Shown here piece by piece: positions 1 through 9,289 of a stretch of 64,000 nucleotides of DNA; the stretch's first letter is position 1, and each line of letters opens with the position of its first letter. The stretch is taken from the IMG/VR virus record IMGVR_UViG_3300027769_001114, positions 32,001 through 96,000 of that record; one strand, given 5' to 3'. This DNA comes from a virus. The translations under genes and the position numbers were made by a program. The notes beneath the pieces are model-generated. The model was not told where the DNA came from. It worked only from the letters and a program-made list of their open reading frames with translations, and did not search any database.

Positions 1-2
1 TC

Positions 3-542
3 AGCATTGGCCGCGATGCACTTGACCCCGACTGGGTGATCGCTCATGTCCGTGTCAGCATCACCGTGCCTAGCAATCAGACGAATGAGAAGGTTCACGC
101 AACTTACGACGGTGTCGGCGGACAGGCGGTCAAACGCAAGAAGACTGGCGAGATCCTCGACCTTGGCGACGAGTTCAAGGGCGCAGTCTCCGACGCACTC
201 AAGAAAGCACTACAGCAGATTGGCCTCGGTCTCTACCTCGCACGTACAGACGACGCAATCTATGCCGACGAGGCGTACGAAACCCCGGTCGCACCAGTTG
301 TTGAAAAGCCCGCCAAACAGGCTGCTGAGAAAACGGACGAGGACAAGATGTGGGATGCTTTTGACGAACACATCTCCGCCATGGACAAGGGTGAGAAGGC
401 CGCACTTGGAGAGTGGTGGCAGAACACCTACCCAGGCGAGCCAAAGCCAAAGCGTGGTGGCTCAACCACAAAGGCGCAACTCAAAGCCTGTGTCGCCGAG
501 ATCCTCAGGATCAAACTTGGCGCAACAACGAAGGAAGACTAA
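3..542 (+). CDS. Rad52/Sak-like ssDNA annealing protein (5' truncated by window edge)
   Basis: Frame open from base 3 (SIGRDALDPDWVIAHV...); motif FKGAVSDALKKALQQIGLGLYL resembles the Rad52/22 K-x-A-x-[ST]DALK[KR]A signature; adjacent to an exonuclease. Confidence 0.75.
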   Translation, partial: SIGRDALDPDWVIAHVRVSITVPSNQTNEKVHATYDGVGGQAVKRKKTGEILDLGDEFKGAVSDALKKALQQIGLGLYLARTDDAIYADEAYETPVAPVVEKPAKQAAEKTDEDKMWDAFDEHISAMDKGEKAALGEWWQNTYPGEPKPKRGGSTTKAQLKACVAEILRIKLGATTKED

Positions 543-545
543 ACC

Positions 546-1310
546 GTGGCGCAGATGCCCGAGAGGCTCTCGCCGTCGTCCATTTCAACATGGCTTCAGT
601 GTCCGTTGAAGTTCAAGCTCGGGAGGATTGACAAGATCCCCGACGAGCAGACCGAGGCGCAAGCCATCGGGAACATGACGCATGAAGTTCTTGAAGCCCT
701 ATTCAAGGAAGAGAAGGGCTCACGTACCGTGGCCTTCGCCAGGACAGCCATGGTGCAGATATGGCACGACAAGTGGCAGAAGCACGCTGAGGAAGTTCTG
801 GGTCTTGGGGCCTATGCGCAGCACATGATGCGATGGAACGCTTGGCAGTGCGTCGAGAACTACTTTGGTCTTGAAGACCCCAATCAGGTAGACCTTGCTG
901 GGATTGAAGACGAGGTAAGGGGTCATGTTGCTGGCGTGCCGGTTCTTGGTTTCATTGACAGGTGGAGCGTTTCTGACGGAGTCGCCACCATCGGCGATTA
1001 CAAGACGGGCAAGGTTTCTAAGCCCCCATACGACCGAGACAAGAAACTTCAACTCATGGTCTACGCCGATCTTGTTGAGGAGAATAAGGGCTTCCCGGTG
1101 GGCTCGTCGGAACTCATCTACCTGAAGGGCAAGGGGACTCGGGTAGTGTATGAAGCAACCGAACAACTCAGGGCCGAGACCAGGGAGACAGTTGCCAGGG
1201 TCTGGGAAGAACTAAGAGAATCATGCGAAACAGACAACTTCAGCACGAACAGAACAAAGCTCTGCGATTGGTGCTCATACAAGCCGACCTGCCCCGCCTG
1301 GGAGCGATGA
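546..1310 (+). CDS. PD-(D/E)XK RecB/Cas4-like exonuclease
   Basis: LSPSSI..WLQCP, GFIDR...IGDYKTG, QL..YA, C-terminal C..C.Y...CP (Fe-S ligands). Confidence 0.9.
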   Translation: MAQMPERLSPSSISTWLQCPLKFKLGRIDKIPDEQTEAQAIGNMTHEVLEALFKEEKGSRTVAFARTAMVQIWHDKWQKHAEEVLGLGAYAQHMMRWNAWQCVENYFGLEDPNQVDLAGIEDEVRGHVAGVPVLGFIDRWSVSDGVATIGDYKTGKVSKPPYDRDKKLQLMVYADLVEENKGFPVGSSELIYLKGKGTRVVYEATEQLRAETRETVARVWEELRESCETDNFSTNRTKLCDWCSYKPTCPAWER

Positions 1311-1314
1311 AGCC

Positions 1315-1830
1315 ATGATGCCCGACGATCAGTTTGCAAGACTCGTCGCCGATGATGTTAAGAACAAAGTAACCGATGAGCAAAAGATGTACCTCCGCCT
1401 CCCCGACAACCGGGATAGGTGGATGGTCAATATTCTTGCCCTCCTCAATAATCTTGACCAACAGGTCAAAGAGATTGAAGAACACGAAGAGGACGATCAG
1501 GAGATGTACGGGTCGCTTGGCGATGACGGGATCAGACTGCTGGCCGAGGCGCAGGCTTCTTCGGAGGAACGCAAGAAAAAGGTTCTCCGTTTCCGTTATC
1601 ACGTGGAGAAAAGGCTTGATGAGTGCGAGCGCATCAACATTGCTCACGATGCCGTTGACGACGATGATGCCCCATTGTTACGGAGAGCAATCGAGAAGCA
1701 TAGGGAAATGACCGAGAGTTTTGGCATTGACCCAACGCAGATTGACGAGGCGCTCTGGTCATCCTTGGCTGGTGCTTGGAGATTTTCAGAGATTGACACC
1801 AAAAGGCTCTCGGAAGAACTTGACGATTGA
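1315..1830 (+). CDS. Hypothetical protein (coiled-coil)
   Basis: 171-aa ORF closely spaced with neighbours. Confidence 0.75.
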   Translation: MMPDDQFARLVADDVKNKVTDEQKMYLRLPDNRDRWMVNILALLNNLDQQVKEIEEHEEDDQEMYGSLGDDGIRLLAEAQASSEERKKKVLRFRYHVEKRLDECERINIAHDAVDDDDAPLLRRAIEKHREMTESFGIDPTQIDEALWSSLAGAWRFSEIDTKRLSEELDD

Positions 1831-2129
1831 GGAATAGGTCCAAGAAGAAGGAGGAGGAGTACAAACTCCGCCGCCCGCTCGTGGCCAGGTTGCTGTCGGA
1901 ACGACGGTGGTGCGAGGCATGCCCTAAGTTCGCTGCGTACGACGACCTCATGGTCTATATACGCAGACCGTCCGTTGATGTCCACGAACTCGTCAGGCGG
2001 TCGCAGGGCGGGTCAATACTTGACGAGTCAAACCTTATGTGCGTCTGCCGGGAGTGCCATCGCAGGATCGGCAACGAGCCACAACTCGCCTTTGATCTAG
2101 GTCTAGCGAAGCACGCCTACGACTCGTGA
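1827..2129 (+). CDS. HNH endonuclease-like protein
   Basis: CEAC...DVHE...RSQGG...SNLMCVCRECH. Confidence 0.8.
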   Translation: MRNRSKKKEEEYKLRRPLVARLLSERRWCEACPKFAAYDDLMVYIRRPSVDVHELVRRSQGGSILDESNLMCVCRECHRRIGNEPQLAFDLGLAKHAYDS

Positions 2130-2722
2130 GGAAGCACTGACCCGATACGAGGGGTGACCCTTGGGGAGTTGCTCCACGCTTTACGCAGTTCTTCACCGTC
2201 AGGTGTGGTGACGTCCCCGCCGTTCAGATACGGGCCGTAACCCCCTGAGACAATAATAATGTCCGCAACACCAAAGAGAACCGTGCTGATTCTTTGTCGA
2301 CGCCAGTTCGGCGATACAAACACCTGTTGAATCCGTGAATCTTCTCTAAACCACTTTATGAACCCTGCCCTGTCTGATGGCTTGAGGCCAGCCTCTACCG
2401 CATCTTTCAGATCAACAACACACCCCGGAGTGAACAGATCGCTGACTATCGCATGGATTGTAACCATGGGGACAGGAGTGCTGTTCTCCTCTAGTGCGTA
2501 CCAAGTTGCTGGAGCACCGTCATACTGATCATCGTTGAGATCAACGGAAAGGTGACCGTCCTCGCATAGGGAGGAGCCTGAAAAGTATTCGGACTTGGTT
2601 GGACACGAATCGGACTCAACAGTTGATGGCTTTGGATGTTCGTCGTTTTGATAGTTGCGAACAAGTGACCATCGTTGATTAAGTGGAGGCCCTTTCCAGA
2701 ACCAGATCATCTTCATTGCCAT
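2117..2722 (-). CDS. GNAT-fold protein (putative acetyltransferase)
   Basis: IQQVFVSPNWRRQRISTVL resembles GNAT motif A (V-x-P-x-x-R-R-x-G-I). Confidence 0.55.
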   Translation of the reverse strand: MAMKMIWFWKGPPLNQRWSLVRNYQNDEHPKPSTVESDSCPTKSEYFSGSSLCEDGHLSVDLNDDQYDGAPATWYALEENSTPVPMVTIHAIVSDLFTPGCVVDLKDAVEAGLKPSDRAGFIKWFREDSRIQQVFVSPNWRRQRISTVLFGVADIIIVSGGYGPYLNGGDVTTPDGEELRKAWSNSPRVTPRIGSVLPHES

Positions 2723-2731
2723 GCGGCAAGA

Positions 2732-3424
2732 TTAGTCGTTCCACCATTCAAGCCATGTCTTGGCTGAAGCGGAAACTGCTTCTTCGTCAGACATGCCAGA
2801 ATAGGCAACCGAGATTGTGACCTTTGCGTCATTTTCGTACCCGGTCCAGTCGCCACTGTGAGCATAAACGAACAACTGAAGTAACTCGTCGGTGTTCATG
2901 ACCGCAACATCTGCGAGGTACGTATTTGCGTTCCACTCAGCCTCATTCCAGCTGTAGTTGATTGCGCGGGCTTTGTCAATAGGCGTTGCCGCGGTGCTCC
3001 GCAGGTCAAGTACGCCGTTGCCGAAATACGGCTGTGTGGACCATGCCCCAATGTTGCCGGCGGCGTCATCTGGGTTTCCAAGCCACATTGTTGGCTTGAG
3101 GTCTTCGTCTGGAACGAAATCCCAGCCACCATCCTCAAAGCCGAACATCCAATCTGTCGGGTTGTCGTAAATGCCGTGCTGTGTCTTGGAGTTCTTGACT
3201 TTAATCGCTGCGAGGGACAGTCGTCGATCGGTTGTCTCAATGTCCACAGTGCCGTTGTCTGTGGTGCCCCAAAGACCGCTAGTTGCGCTGTAAATCTGTT
3301 GTGTAGTAAACCAGATTTTCTCAATCTTGACTCGGAATGGGAAAGACACATTCAGGTAAGAAGTGTCACTGTTCCTGACGGTCCAGTCGTAGTTCACGAT
3401 TGACGGTGCGATGATGCCGGACAT
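2732..3424 (-). CDS. Hypothetical protein, N-terminus similar to 3513..3866
   Basis: Start re-called at ATG 3424 (AGGAG SD); MSGIIAPS...SFPFRVKI parallels MSTAVLAPS...AMPFAGKI. Confidence 0.7.
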   Translation of the reverse strand: MSGIIAPSIVNYDWTVRNSDTSYLNVSFPFRVKIEKIWFTTQQIYSATSGLWGTTDNGTVDIETTDRRLSLAAIKVKNSKTQHGIYDNPTDWMFGFEDGGWDFVPDEDLKPTMWLGNPDDAAGNIGAWSTQPYFGNGVLDLRSTAATPIDKARAINYSWNEAEWNANTYLADVAVMNTDELLQLFVYAHSGDWTGYENDAKVTISVAYSGMSDEEAVSASAKTWLEWWND

Positions 3425-3461
3425 TTGTTTCTCCTGTGTTGGATTGTTGGGATTTTGACAT

Positions 3462-3496
3462 AAAAAAATCACCCCACCCGTCAAGAGTGGAGTGAT
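3462..3496 (-). terminator. Rho-independent terminator
   Basis: Minus strand ATCACTCCACTC-TTGAC-GGGTGGGGTGAT (12-bp stem with 2 G-U pairs) followed by a T-run, just after the stop of 3513..3866. Confidence 0.8.
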
Positions 3497-3512
3497 CCTT
3501 TCAGAGGTTTAT

Positions 3513-3866
3513 TCAGCCTTCAACAACTGTGAATGCAACCGTCATGTTTGAGCCGGCGGTACTTGAACCGACACCTGATATATCAAGACTGACAAGATCG
3601 CCTTTTGCGAAGTCGCAGTTGGCTGCAGTAAGTGTTCCTTCATCCGAAGTTCCAGCGGCGGCAATCGAGAACGCTGCTGCTACATCAGAGCCGACCTTGA
3701 GGTCTGCGGTAAGAGCGGAGCCTACTGGGGCCGTGGTCACAGCGACATAAGCACCAGTGATTTTGCCGGCGAAGGGCATTGCCATCGTGACGATGCTCGT
3801 GCTCGCGTTCAGACCACCCGGGATTGTCATGGTGATTGTTGATGGGGCTAAGACTGCTGTTGACAT
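3513..3866 (-). CDS. Small beta-rich putative virion (decoration-like) protein
   Basis: Ala/Thr/Ser-rich 117 aa, AAAGGA SD, own terminator. Confidence 0.6.
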   Translation of the reverse strand: MSTAVLAPSTITMTIPGGLNASTSIVTMAMPFAGKITGAYVAVTTAPVGSALTADLKVGSDVAAAFSIAAAGTSDEGTLTAANCDFAKGDLVSLDISGVGSSTAGSNMTVAFTVVEG

Positions 3867-3938
3867 ATTTGATGTCCTTTCGTGGGTTGGTGAAAGAAAT
3901 ATAACAAGAAGATTTGATGTCAGCTACTAGACAAAGGT

Positions 3939-3953
3939 TGGTAGTATCCGCCA
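3939..3953 (+). promoter_or_regulatory. Extended -10 (TG-G-TAGTAT) 6 nt before ATG; probable leaderless transcript
   Basis: TAGTAT at 3942-3947, ATG at 3954, no SD. Confidence 0.5.
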
Positions 3954-4472
3954 ATGCCTAGCATTATTGGACTTGACCTCAGCCTCACCTCAACGGGAGT
4001 TTGCTCAAAGGAAGGTTCGTTTGCTTATCAACCAAAGACGAAAGGCATGGAACGCCTCGCAAACATCCGAGATGAGGTCATGCTTGTTGTCACCGCACAG
4101 GACCACCCGATTGTCATAGTGGAGGGTTATTCGTTCTCTTCCCGAAACAGCCAGTCTCACGCATTGGGTGAACTGGGTGGCGTAATGAGACTCGCCCTTC
4201 ACGAAACGGGGATTTCATACATTGACGTTCCTCCAACAAGCCGGGCAAAGTTTGCTACAGGCAAGGGGAACGCGTCCAAGAACGAGGTTGTCTCTTCTAT
4301 CTCGGCTAGAACCGGGATCGTGTGGAGTGGCAAGGGGGCCGACGATATGTGCGATGCGTGGATATTGCGTCAAATGGGACTAGCGCATCTCGGTGAAAGC
4401 GAATATGATTGGCCTGCGGTCAATATGGCGGCACTAGACAAGATTGACTGGTCGGGATTTCCGTCCGCGTAG
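3954..4472 (+). CDS. ruvC: RuvC-like Holliday junction resolvase
   Basis: IIGLDLSLTSTG, IVEG, ALGELGG, KFATGKGNASK, DDMCDA. Confidence 0.85.
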   Translation: MPSIIGLDLSLTSTGVCSKEGSFAYQPKTKGMERLANIRDEVMLVVTAQDHPIVIVEGYSFSSRNSQSHALGELGGVMRLALHETGISYIDVPPTSRAKFATGKGNASKNEVVSSISARTGIVWSGKGADDMCDAWILRQMGLAHLGESEYDWPAVNMAALDKIDWSGFPSA

Positions 4473-4485
4473 CACTGAGGTACCA

Positions 4486-4836
4486 ATGAAAAGTAATAGG
4501 AACGCACCAATCAGCCAAGTAGACATCGAGGAAGAGATCATTAGGTTGATCGGCGACCTTGAGTCGGAGACGGAGACTTTTGAGACTCTGTCGATTGACG
4601 CTGCCAAGAAAGAATCCCGATTCAAGTCAGAGTGGGCCAAGGCGTACCTTTCGGCTCAGGGTTCAATCAAGGAACGCGAAGCCTGGGCCGACTATCAAAT
4701 ATCTGATCCGCATATGGACTGGAAGATCGCCGACGGACTACTGCGCGCAAAACGGGAGAAACTCGCTAGCATCAGGTCGTCAATCGACGCGCTCAGAACT
4801 CTGAACGCAAATGTCAGGGCGCAGGTGATGTCGTGA
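4486..4836 (+). CDS. Hypothetical helical phage protein
   Basis: ATG 4486 with GAGG SD; overlaps the next gene. Confidence 0.7.
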   Translation: MKSNRNAPISQVDIEEEIIRLIGDLESETETFETLSIDAAKKESRFKSEWAKAYLSAQGSIKEREAWADYQISDPHMDWKIADGLLRAKREKLASIRSSIDALRTLNANVRAQVMS

Positions 4837-5612
4837 ACCACAACATCAACCCCGCACTTCAAGATCTTGCCCTGCCTGTTGAACTTCTCGAACCGTTGCC
4901 CGGAAACCCGCGCATCGGTAACGTCGACGCGATCGCGGCGTCCTATAAAGAGTTCGGGCAGGTCAAGCCCATCGTGGTCAAAGCTCAGCCCGACGGCACT
5001 TATGTCGTCGTGGCTGGCAACCATCAGCTACAAGCCGTGAAGCGTCTTGGATGGTCTCATGTTGCCGCCGTACAAATGGACGGCGACGATCAGAGGGCGG
5101 CCGCTTTTGCACTCGTAGATAACAGGGTCGCCGACCTTGGGCGCACTGATCCCGCACTGCTACACGACATTCTCTCTACGGTGAACGAGGAGTTCCCCGA
5201 ACTATTTGAGGCCGTGGGCTGGGACGAGTACGAGGTTGCCTCCATCGGGACCGACCTAGAAGAGCTCTACAGTTCAATCAACGGAAATGGTGCTGCTGGT
5301 GCATACATTCCGCCGGTACTCATGGATCCCGTTATGCCGATGGGCGTCGAGACTAGGGAAGACGGAACGAAGCAGTACACCGCCCCTCCAGCCAGCGATC
5401 AGAGGGCGACGGCGGCACAGGGTGCGGCGGCAGCTGGTTCTTCTGGTGGCGGCAAGCAAGCCGTATTCTCGTTCAGCCTCGTGTTTGATGACAATGCGCA
5501 GATGAGCAGATGGTGGGACTTTGTGAAGTGGCTCAGGGCGAGCCCTGCATACGACGGCGACACGATCGCATCCAAAGTCATGTCGTTCATTGACGCCCAC
5601 AGCGAGGTCTGA
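4833..5612 (+). CDS. ParB/Srx-domain protein
   Basis: LPGNPR...IAASYKEFGQVKPIVV...VVAGNHQLQA...ALVDNR. Confidence 0.9.
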   Translation: MNHNINPALQDLALPVELLEPLPGNPRIGNVDAIAASYKEFGQVKPIVVKAQPDGTYVVVAGNHQLQAVKRLGWSHVAAVQMDGDDQRAAAFALVDNRVADLGRTDPALLHDILSTVNEEFPELFEAVGWDEYEVASIGTDLEELYSSINGNGAAGAYIPPVLMDPVMPMGVETREDGTKQYTAPPASDQRATAAQGAAAAGSSGGGKQAVFSFSLVFDDNAQMSRWWDFVKWLRASPAYDGDTIASKVMSFIDAHSEV

Positions 5613-5613
5613 G

Positions 5614-5844
5614 ATGAGTGCCGTATGCGAATACTGCGGACACGGCCCACACACCCCGGCCGCCTGCCCGTTAGTAAAGAGCGTTGAGTTCTTTCCCGAT
5701 GGGAGTATAAAGAGGGTCGAGAAGTACGAGTCTTCATCTTTCGGTGTTCCCTCCAAGACATATGCCTCGGGTCAGCCACAGGGGACGACCGTCCGTTGGA
5801 GCGACCCGTTCCAAGGAAAAGTGGACAAGGAAGAACCGCATTGA
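5614..5844 (+). CDS. Small zinc-finger-like protein
   Basis: CEYC..GPH....CP. Confidence 0.55.
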   Translation: MSAVCEYCGHGPHTPAACPLVKSVEFFPDGSIKRVEKYESSSFGVPSKTYASGQPQGTTVRWSDPFQGKVDKEEPH

Positions 5845-6044
5845 CCGAGTTATGGCGCAAGGTTTTGACGAGCAAGTTTGGCCCCGAGATAGTCGTTGAG
5901 TGTTGCCGTCTACACAAAGGGCACTACAACGGAGGCAGATGGGGGAACTGCGGCAAGTGCGGCGCAAGACCCGTCATGGTTCCCATGACATGGGAGCAAG
6001 CAGACGAGAAGATGTCTCAGAATAAGGAGGACAACGATGTCTAG
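5841..6044 (+). CDS. Small Cys-rich hypothetical protein
   Basis: TTG start overlapping the upstream stop; CC..H...CGKC. Confidence 0.5.
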   Translation: MTELWRKVLTSKFGPEIVVECCRLHKGHYNGGRWGNCGKCGARPVMVPMTWEQADEKMSQNKEDNDV

Positions 6045-7182
6045 GCAGAGAATGTTCCTTGATATGTCATGCGTTGACGCAGCAAGGGAACGAATCAAAC
6101 ACATCTACGACACCTTTGACACGGTGTGCATACAGTTCTCCGGAGGCAAGGACTCAACGGCAGTTTTGTACCTGGCGAAGGAACTCCACGAGGAGCGTGG
6201 CCTCGGGCCGGTGAAGGTCATATTCCGAGACGAGGAAATGGTCAGCCCACTCGTCGTTGACTTCATTGAGAAAGTCAGGAACTTTGACTGGGTTGATATG
6301 GAGTGGTACTGCTTGCCCGTTGGGCAGGAGTGCTGGGTTCTCGGCAAGAGGGAGTATGTCTTGTTGTGGTCAGAGATGCGCAGGCTTCAGGGCAGACTCA
6401 TTAGGCCAATGCCATCGTGGGCAATCCACGCCGGGCATTTTGGGATGGGCGCAGATAAGCCACTCCCCGAGCCAATCGACTACTACACAATGCAAGGCAA
6501 GAAGGGGCGCACCGCTTTCATCACGGGCGTGCGAGCAAACGAGTCGATGGTTCGTTTCCGTTCGGTGGTGAACAAGTTGAACGAGAACTACATCACCAGG
6601 CCGTACAAACTTCAGAAGTCAATACCACTCATGCTTGCCAAGCCGATCTACGACTGGGTTGCAGCCGATGTGCTGAAGTTCATTCAGGAGGAGCACGGCG
6701 CAGAGTGGTGCGAGTACTACGACGTCGCCGCCATGGTTGGTGGTGTACAGCGTGTCGGCATCCCACTGCACTCGGTCGCAATCAGAAGATTAAGGGACTA
6801 CACGGCCGCCGAACCCGAGTGGTTTGACAGACTCTACGACTGCTTTCCTCAGGTGGATGCGCAGTATCGGCTCTGGCCCGAGTTTGATGTGGACGCCTAC
6901 ATCGCCGACTATGCCGCCGACGGCTGGGATGGTGTGAAGAGGTGCATTGACGAGAACATGCTCACTCCTGGAATCAAGAGGACGGCACAGGCAGCTGTTG
7001 CCGACTTTAGGAAAAAGCACATCACCGACTCGGTCTCGTACCCAATCTCGTGGCTCGTCAGGACATTGGTTATGAATGAGTTCCATACAACTTCGGCGAG
7101 ACCCGTTGGGCCGAAGACTAAGGACTGGAAGAGGAAAGTAGCCGCCGAGCAGGAATATCTTGCGGCACAGGATGGAGAATGA
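6037..7182 (+). CDS. PAPS-reductase-like PP-loop protein (IbrA/YbdN-like)
   Basis: FSGGKDS, FRDEE, TGVRANES..R, PIYDW...DV. Confidence 0.9.
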   Translation: MSRQRMFLDMSCVDAARERIKHIYDTFDTVCIQFSGGKDSTAVLYLAKELHEERGLGPVKVIFRDEEMVSPLVVDFIEKVRNFDWVDMEWYCLPVGQECWVLGKREYVLLWSEMRRLQGRLIRPMPSWAIHAGHFGMGADKPLPEPIDYYTMQGKKGRTAFITGVRANESMVRFRSVVNKLNENYITRPYKLQKSIPLMLAKPIYDWVAADVLKFIQEEHGAEWCEYYDVAAMVGGVQRVGIPLHSVAIRRLRDYTAAEPEWFDRLYDCFPQVDAQYRLWPEFDVDAYIADYAADGWDGVKRCIDENMLTPGIKRTAQAAVADFRKKHITDSVSYPISWLVRTLVMNEFHTTSARPVGPKTKDWKRKVAAEQEYLAAQDGE

Positions 7183-7183
7183 A

Positions 7184-7744
7184 ATGACACTAAACATTGA
7201 GACCGTACATATTGACTCACTAAAACCCGCCCCCTGGGCATCGTCGCACTTATTGCGTCCTGACGAGAGGCTGCTCTTGCAGTCGCTCGCCGATTGGGGT
7301 TGGTTGCAACCACTCATAGTCAGGGTTGAGGACAGGACGATCATTGACGGCAACCTCAGATGGGTTATTGCTAAGGAGCAGAAGCCCGTGATGGCCAAGG
7401 TCGGCGATCAAGTTCCTGTTGTCTGGGTGTCCTGCGACGAAGTTGACGCCATGATTATGCACGTCAGAATGAACAGGGCAAAAGGCATGGTGGTCGCCAC
7501 CAAACTGTCGGCTTTGCTCAAATGGGTGATTGCGTCCAATAAGTACGACAGGCGTACCGTACAGAACCTTCTCGTTATGACCAACGACGAATATGAGGTT
7601 CTCGTTGAGGGGTATTACCTCAAGAGGAAGTCCATCAAAGAACACACCTACTCCCGCGGTTGGGTGCCGGTTGAAGCACCGAAACCCGGGACGGCAGTTG
7701 CCGGGGACATCTCCATTGAGAGGCCCGCAAACAGGGATAACTAA
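7184..7744 (+). CDS. ParB-like protein (IbrB/YbdM-like)
   Basis: LQSLADWGWLQPLIV...IIDGNLR...RMNRAKG; directly after the PAPS-reductase-like gene. Confidence 0.85.
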   Translation: MTLNIETVHIDSLKPAPWASSHLLRPDERLLLQSLADWGWLQPLIVRVEDRTIIDGNLRWVIAKEQKPVMAKVGDQVPVVWVSCDEVDAMIMHVRMNRAKGMVVATKLSALLKWVIASNKYDRRTVQNLLVMTNDEYEVLVEGYYLKRKSIKEHTYSRGWVPVEAPKPGTAVAGDISIERPANRDN

Positions 7745-7804
7745 CAGAACCGTGGCCTGTGGTATGGTGTCGCGTACGAAGTTGACACGCAGGGGAGTAC
7801 CAAA

Positions 7805-8173
7805 GTGCCTCAAGGAAGAGTTGGAGCAGACACCGAACAGGGCATGGCTTTTGGCCCCGGCGTCCTTTACGATACAAGCGATGGCGGACTGAACCCAACC
7901 GGATTCGGCGTACCTGGCGAGAGTATTTTGGCACCCCCCGTACCCGGTACTGGAGCCGGCAGGGCTCTTGACAATCCCCCTGGAGCACCCGAGACACCGG
8001 CACCAAGTTCAACCCCTCGTTCACCAACCGCCCCTAGTGGCACCGCCGCGCCAAGGCAGTCAAATACTCGCCCTCCACGCAATAGCAACAGGTCAAGAAG
8101 GCAGGGCAATATCCTTTCAAGGGCATTGCGCAATGTTGCTGGCAGACTCCGCGGCACAAACAACAACAACTGA
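7805..8173 (+). CDS. Pro/Arg-rich hypothetical protein
   Basis: GTG start with GGGGAG SD; first gene before the neck operon. Confidence 0.55.
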   Translation: MPQGRVGADTEQGMAFGPGVLYDTSDGGLNPTGFGVPGESILAPPVPGTGAGRALDNPPGAPETPAPSSTPRSPTAPSGTAAPRQSNTRPPRNSNRSRRQGNILSRALRNVAGRLRGTNNNN

Positions 8174-8186
8174 TTAGGAGGCAAAA

Positions 8187-8810
8187 GTGCTCGTCACAGT
8201 ACGCGAGCTCGCTGCCTACATGGATCGCGAGTTGACCAACAGGCAACAGGATGCGGCGGAACTCGTCCTCGCTGGTGTACAGGCCGAGATCGAGGCGTAC
8301 ATCAACCGCCCCGTTGAGATTAGGGAGTTTACGGAGACGCACATCGTCCCCGAGGACACCCTCTACATCAACACCGAGTCATACTTCTACGACCGTTCGT
8401 TGGACACCACTAATGCCAATATCCGCGTTCTTATGCCGACCTACACCATCCACTTGGCAAATGCGCCGATTACCTCCGTCTCAAGTGTGATACTGAATCC
8501 GTTCGGATATCCGTCGCCCGATCCCGTTGAGTTTAACGAGGGTCAGCAATACCTCGTGAGGAAGTACGGACTTGATCTCTACTCCGTGTGGGCTGGCGAC
8601 ATGATTGAGGTCGTCTATGAGGCTGGCCTCCCGGCGAACGCCTTCATCAAACAGGTCATGATCCGTGCCGCGTCTAGGGAAATGCAGAACATGACCGACG
8701 ACGTTGTGGGTCTCAAGGACTTTCAGAACAGGGCCGCCACTATTGCCGAGATCGGCTTGACTCAGGCAGACAAGGCTGGCCTTGACGCGTTCAGGCGTAA
8801 GCAAATATGA
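8187..8810 (+). CDS. Head-tail adaptor
   Basis: LVTVRELAAY...IEAYINR...APITSV...VVYEAG pattern; AGGAGG SD; position. Confidence 0.75.
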   Translation: MLVTVRELAAYMDRELTNRQQDAAELVLAGVQAEIEAYINRPVEIREFTETHIVPEDTLYINTESYFYDRSLDTTNANIRVLMPTYTIHLANAPITSVSSVILNPFGYPSPDPVEFNEGQQYLVRKYGLDLYSVWAGDMIEVVYEAGLPANAFIKQVMIRAASREMQNMTDDVVGLKDFQNRAATIAEIGLTQADKAGLDAFRRKQI

Positions 8811-9289
8811 GTCAAGTCACCGTCAAGATCTCGGTCTCCGCAGATACGACGGAACTTTCAGCCATGCGCAGAAATATGGGTTCATACCGCATCCCACTGC
8901 AAGAAGGTGTGAACTACCTCAGGACAGCCTTTCAGGAGAACTTTGACTCCAGCGGCTCGATGGTCGGAGGTTGGAAACCACTAGCACCAACGACCAGCCT
9001 GTGGAGGGCGAAGCACGGCTATCCGCCGGTTGCCCCCATACTCGTGAACAACGGATCGCTTCGCGCCGCCGTCTTGGCCGCCCGTGGCGATGTGGGTGCT
9101 CAAGAAGCCAGGTTGACTATCAGTAACAGGCTCGCTCCATTTCACCAATACGGAAGCCTCAAGGGCAGGTTGCCTCAACGTGAGATCGTCTTTGAGCCTG
9201 CTGGGTTTGCTGACCTTATGGCTAGGCGCATTAGGGCGCACATCATGCCGAACACATTCTCGGCCGACCTTAGGGCGTTATTCCCATGA
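8807..9289 (+). CDS. Virion morphogenesis/neck protein (P2 gpS / Mu gpG-like)
   Basis: WKPLAP.T...ILVNNGSL...APFHQYG...LPQR. Confidence 0.75.
   Translation: MSQVTVKISVSADTTELSAMRRNMGSYRIPLQEGVNYLRTAFQENFDSSGSMVGGWKPLAPTTSLWRAKHGYPPVAPILVNNGSLRAAVLAARGDVGAQEARLTISNRLAPFHQYGSLKGRLPQREIVFEPAGFADLMARRIRAHIMPNTFSADLRALFP

Noticed and set aside
546-1310. Cas4-like nuclease as evidence of CRISPR-Cas
   Set aside because: No repeat-spacer array or other cas genes; it sits beside a Rad52-like gene as a typical phage recombination pair.
6037-7182. cysH auxiliary metabolic gene for sulfate assimilation
   Set aside because: It lacks the C-terminal ECG[LI]H motif and is paired with ParB-like genes as in IbrA/IbrB-type modules.
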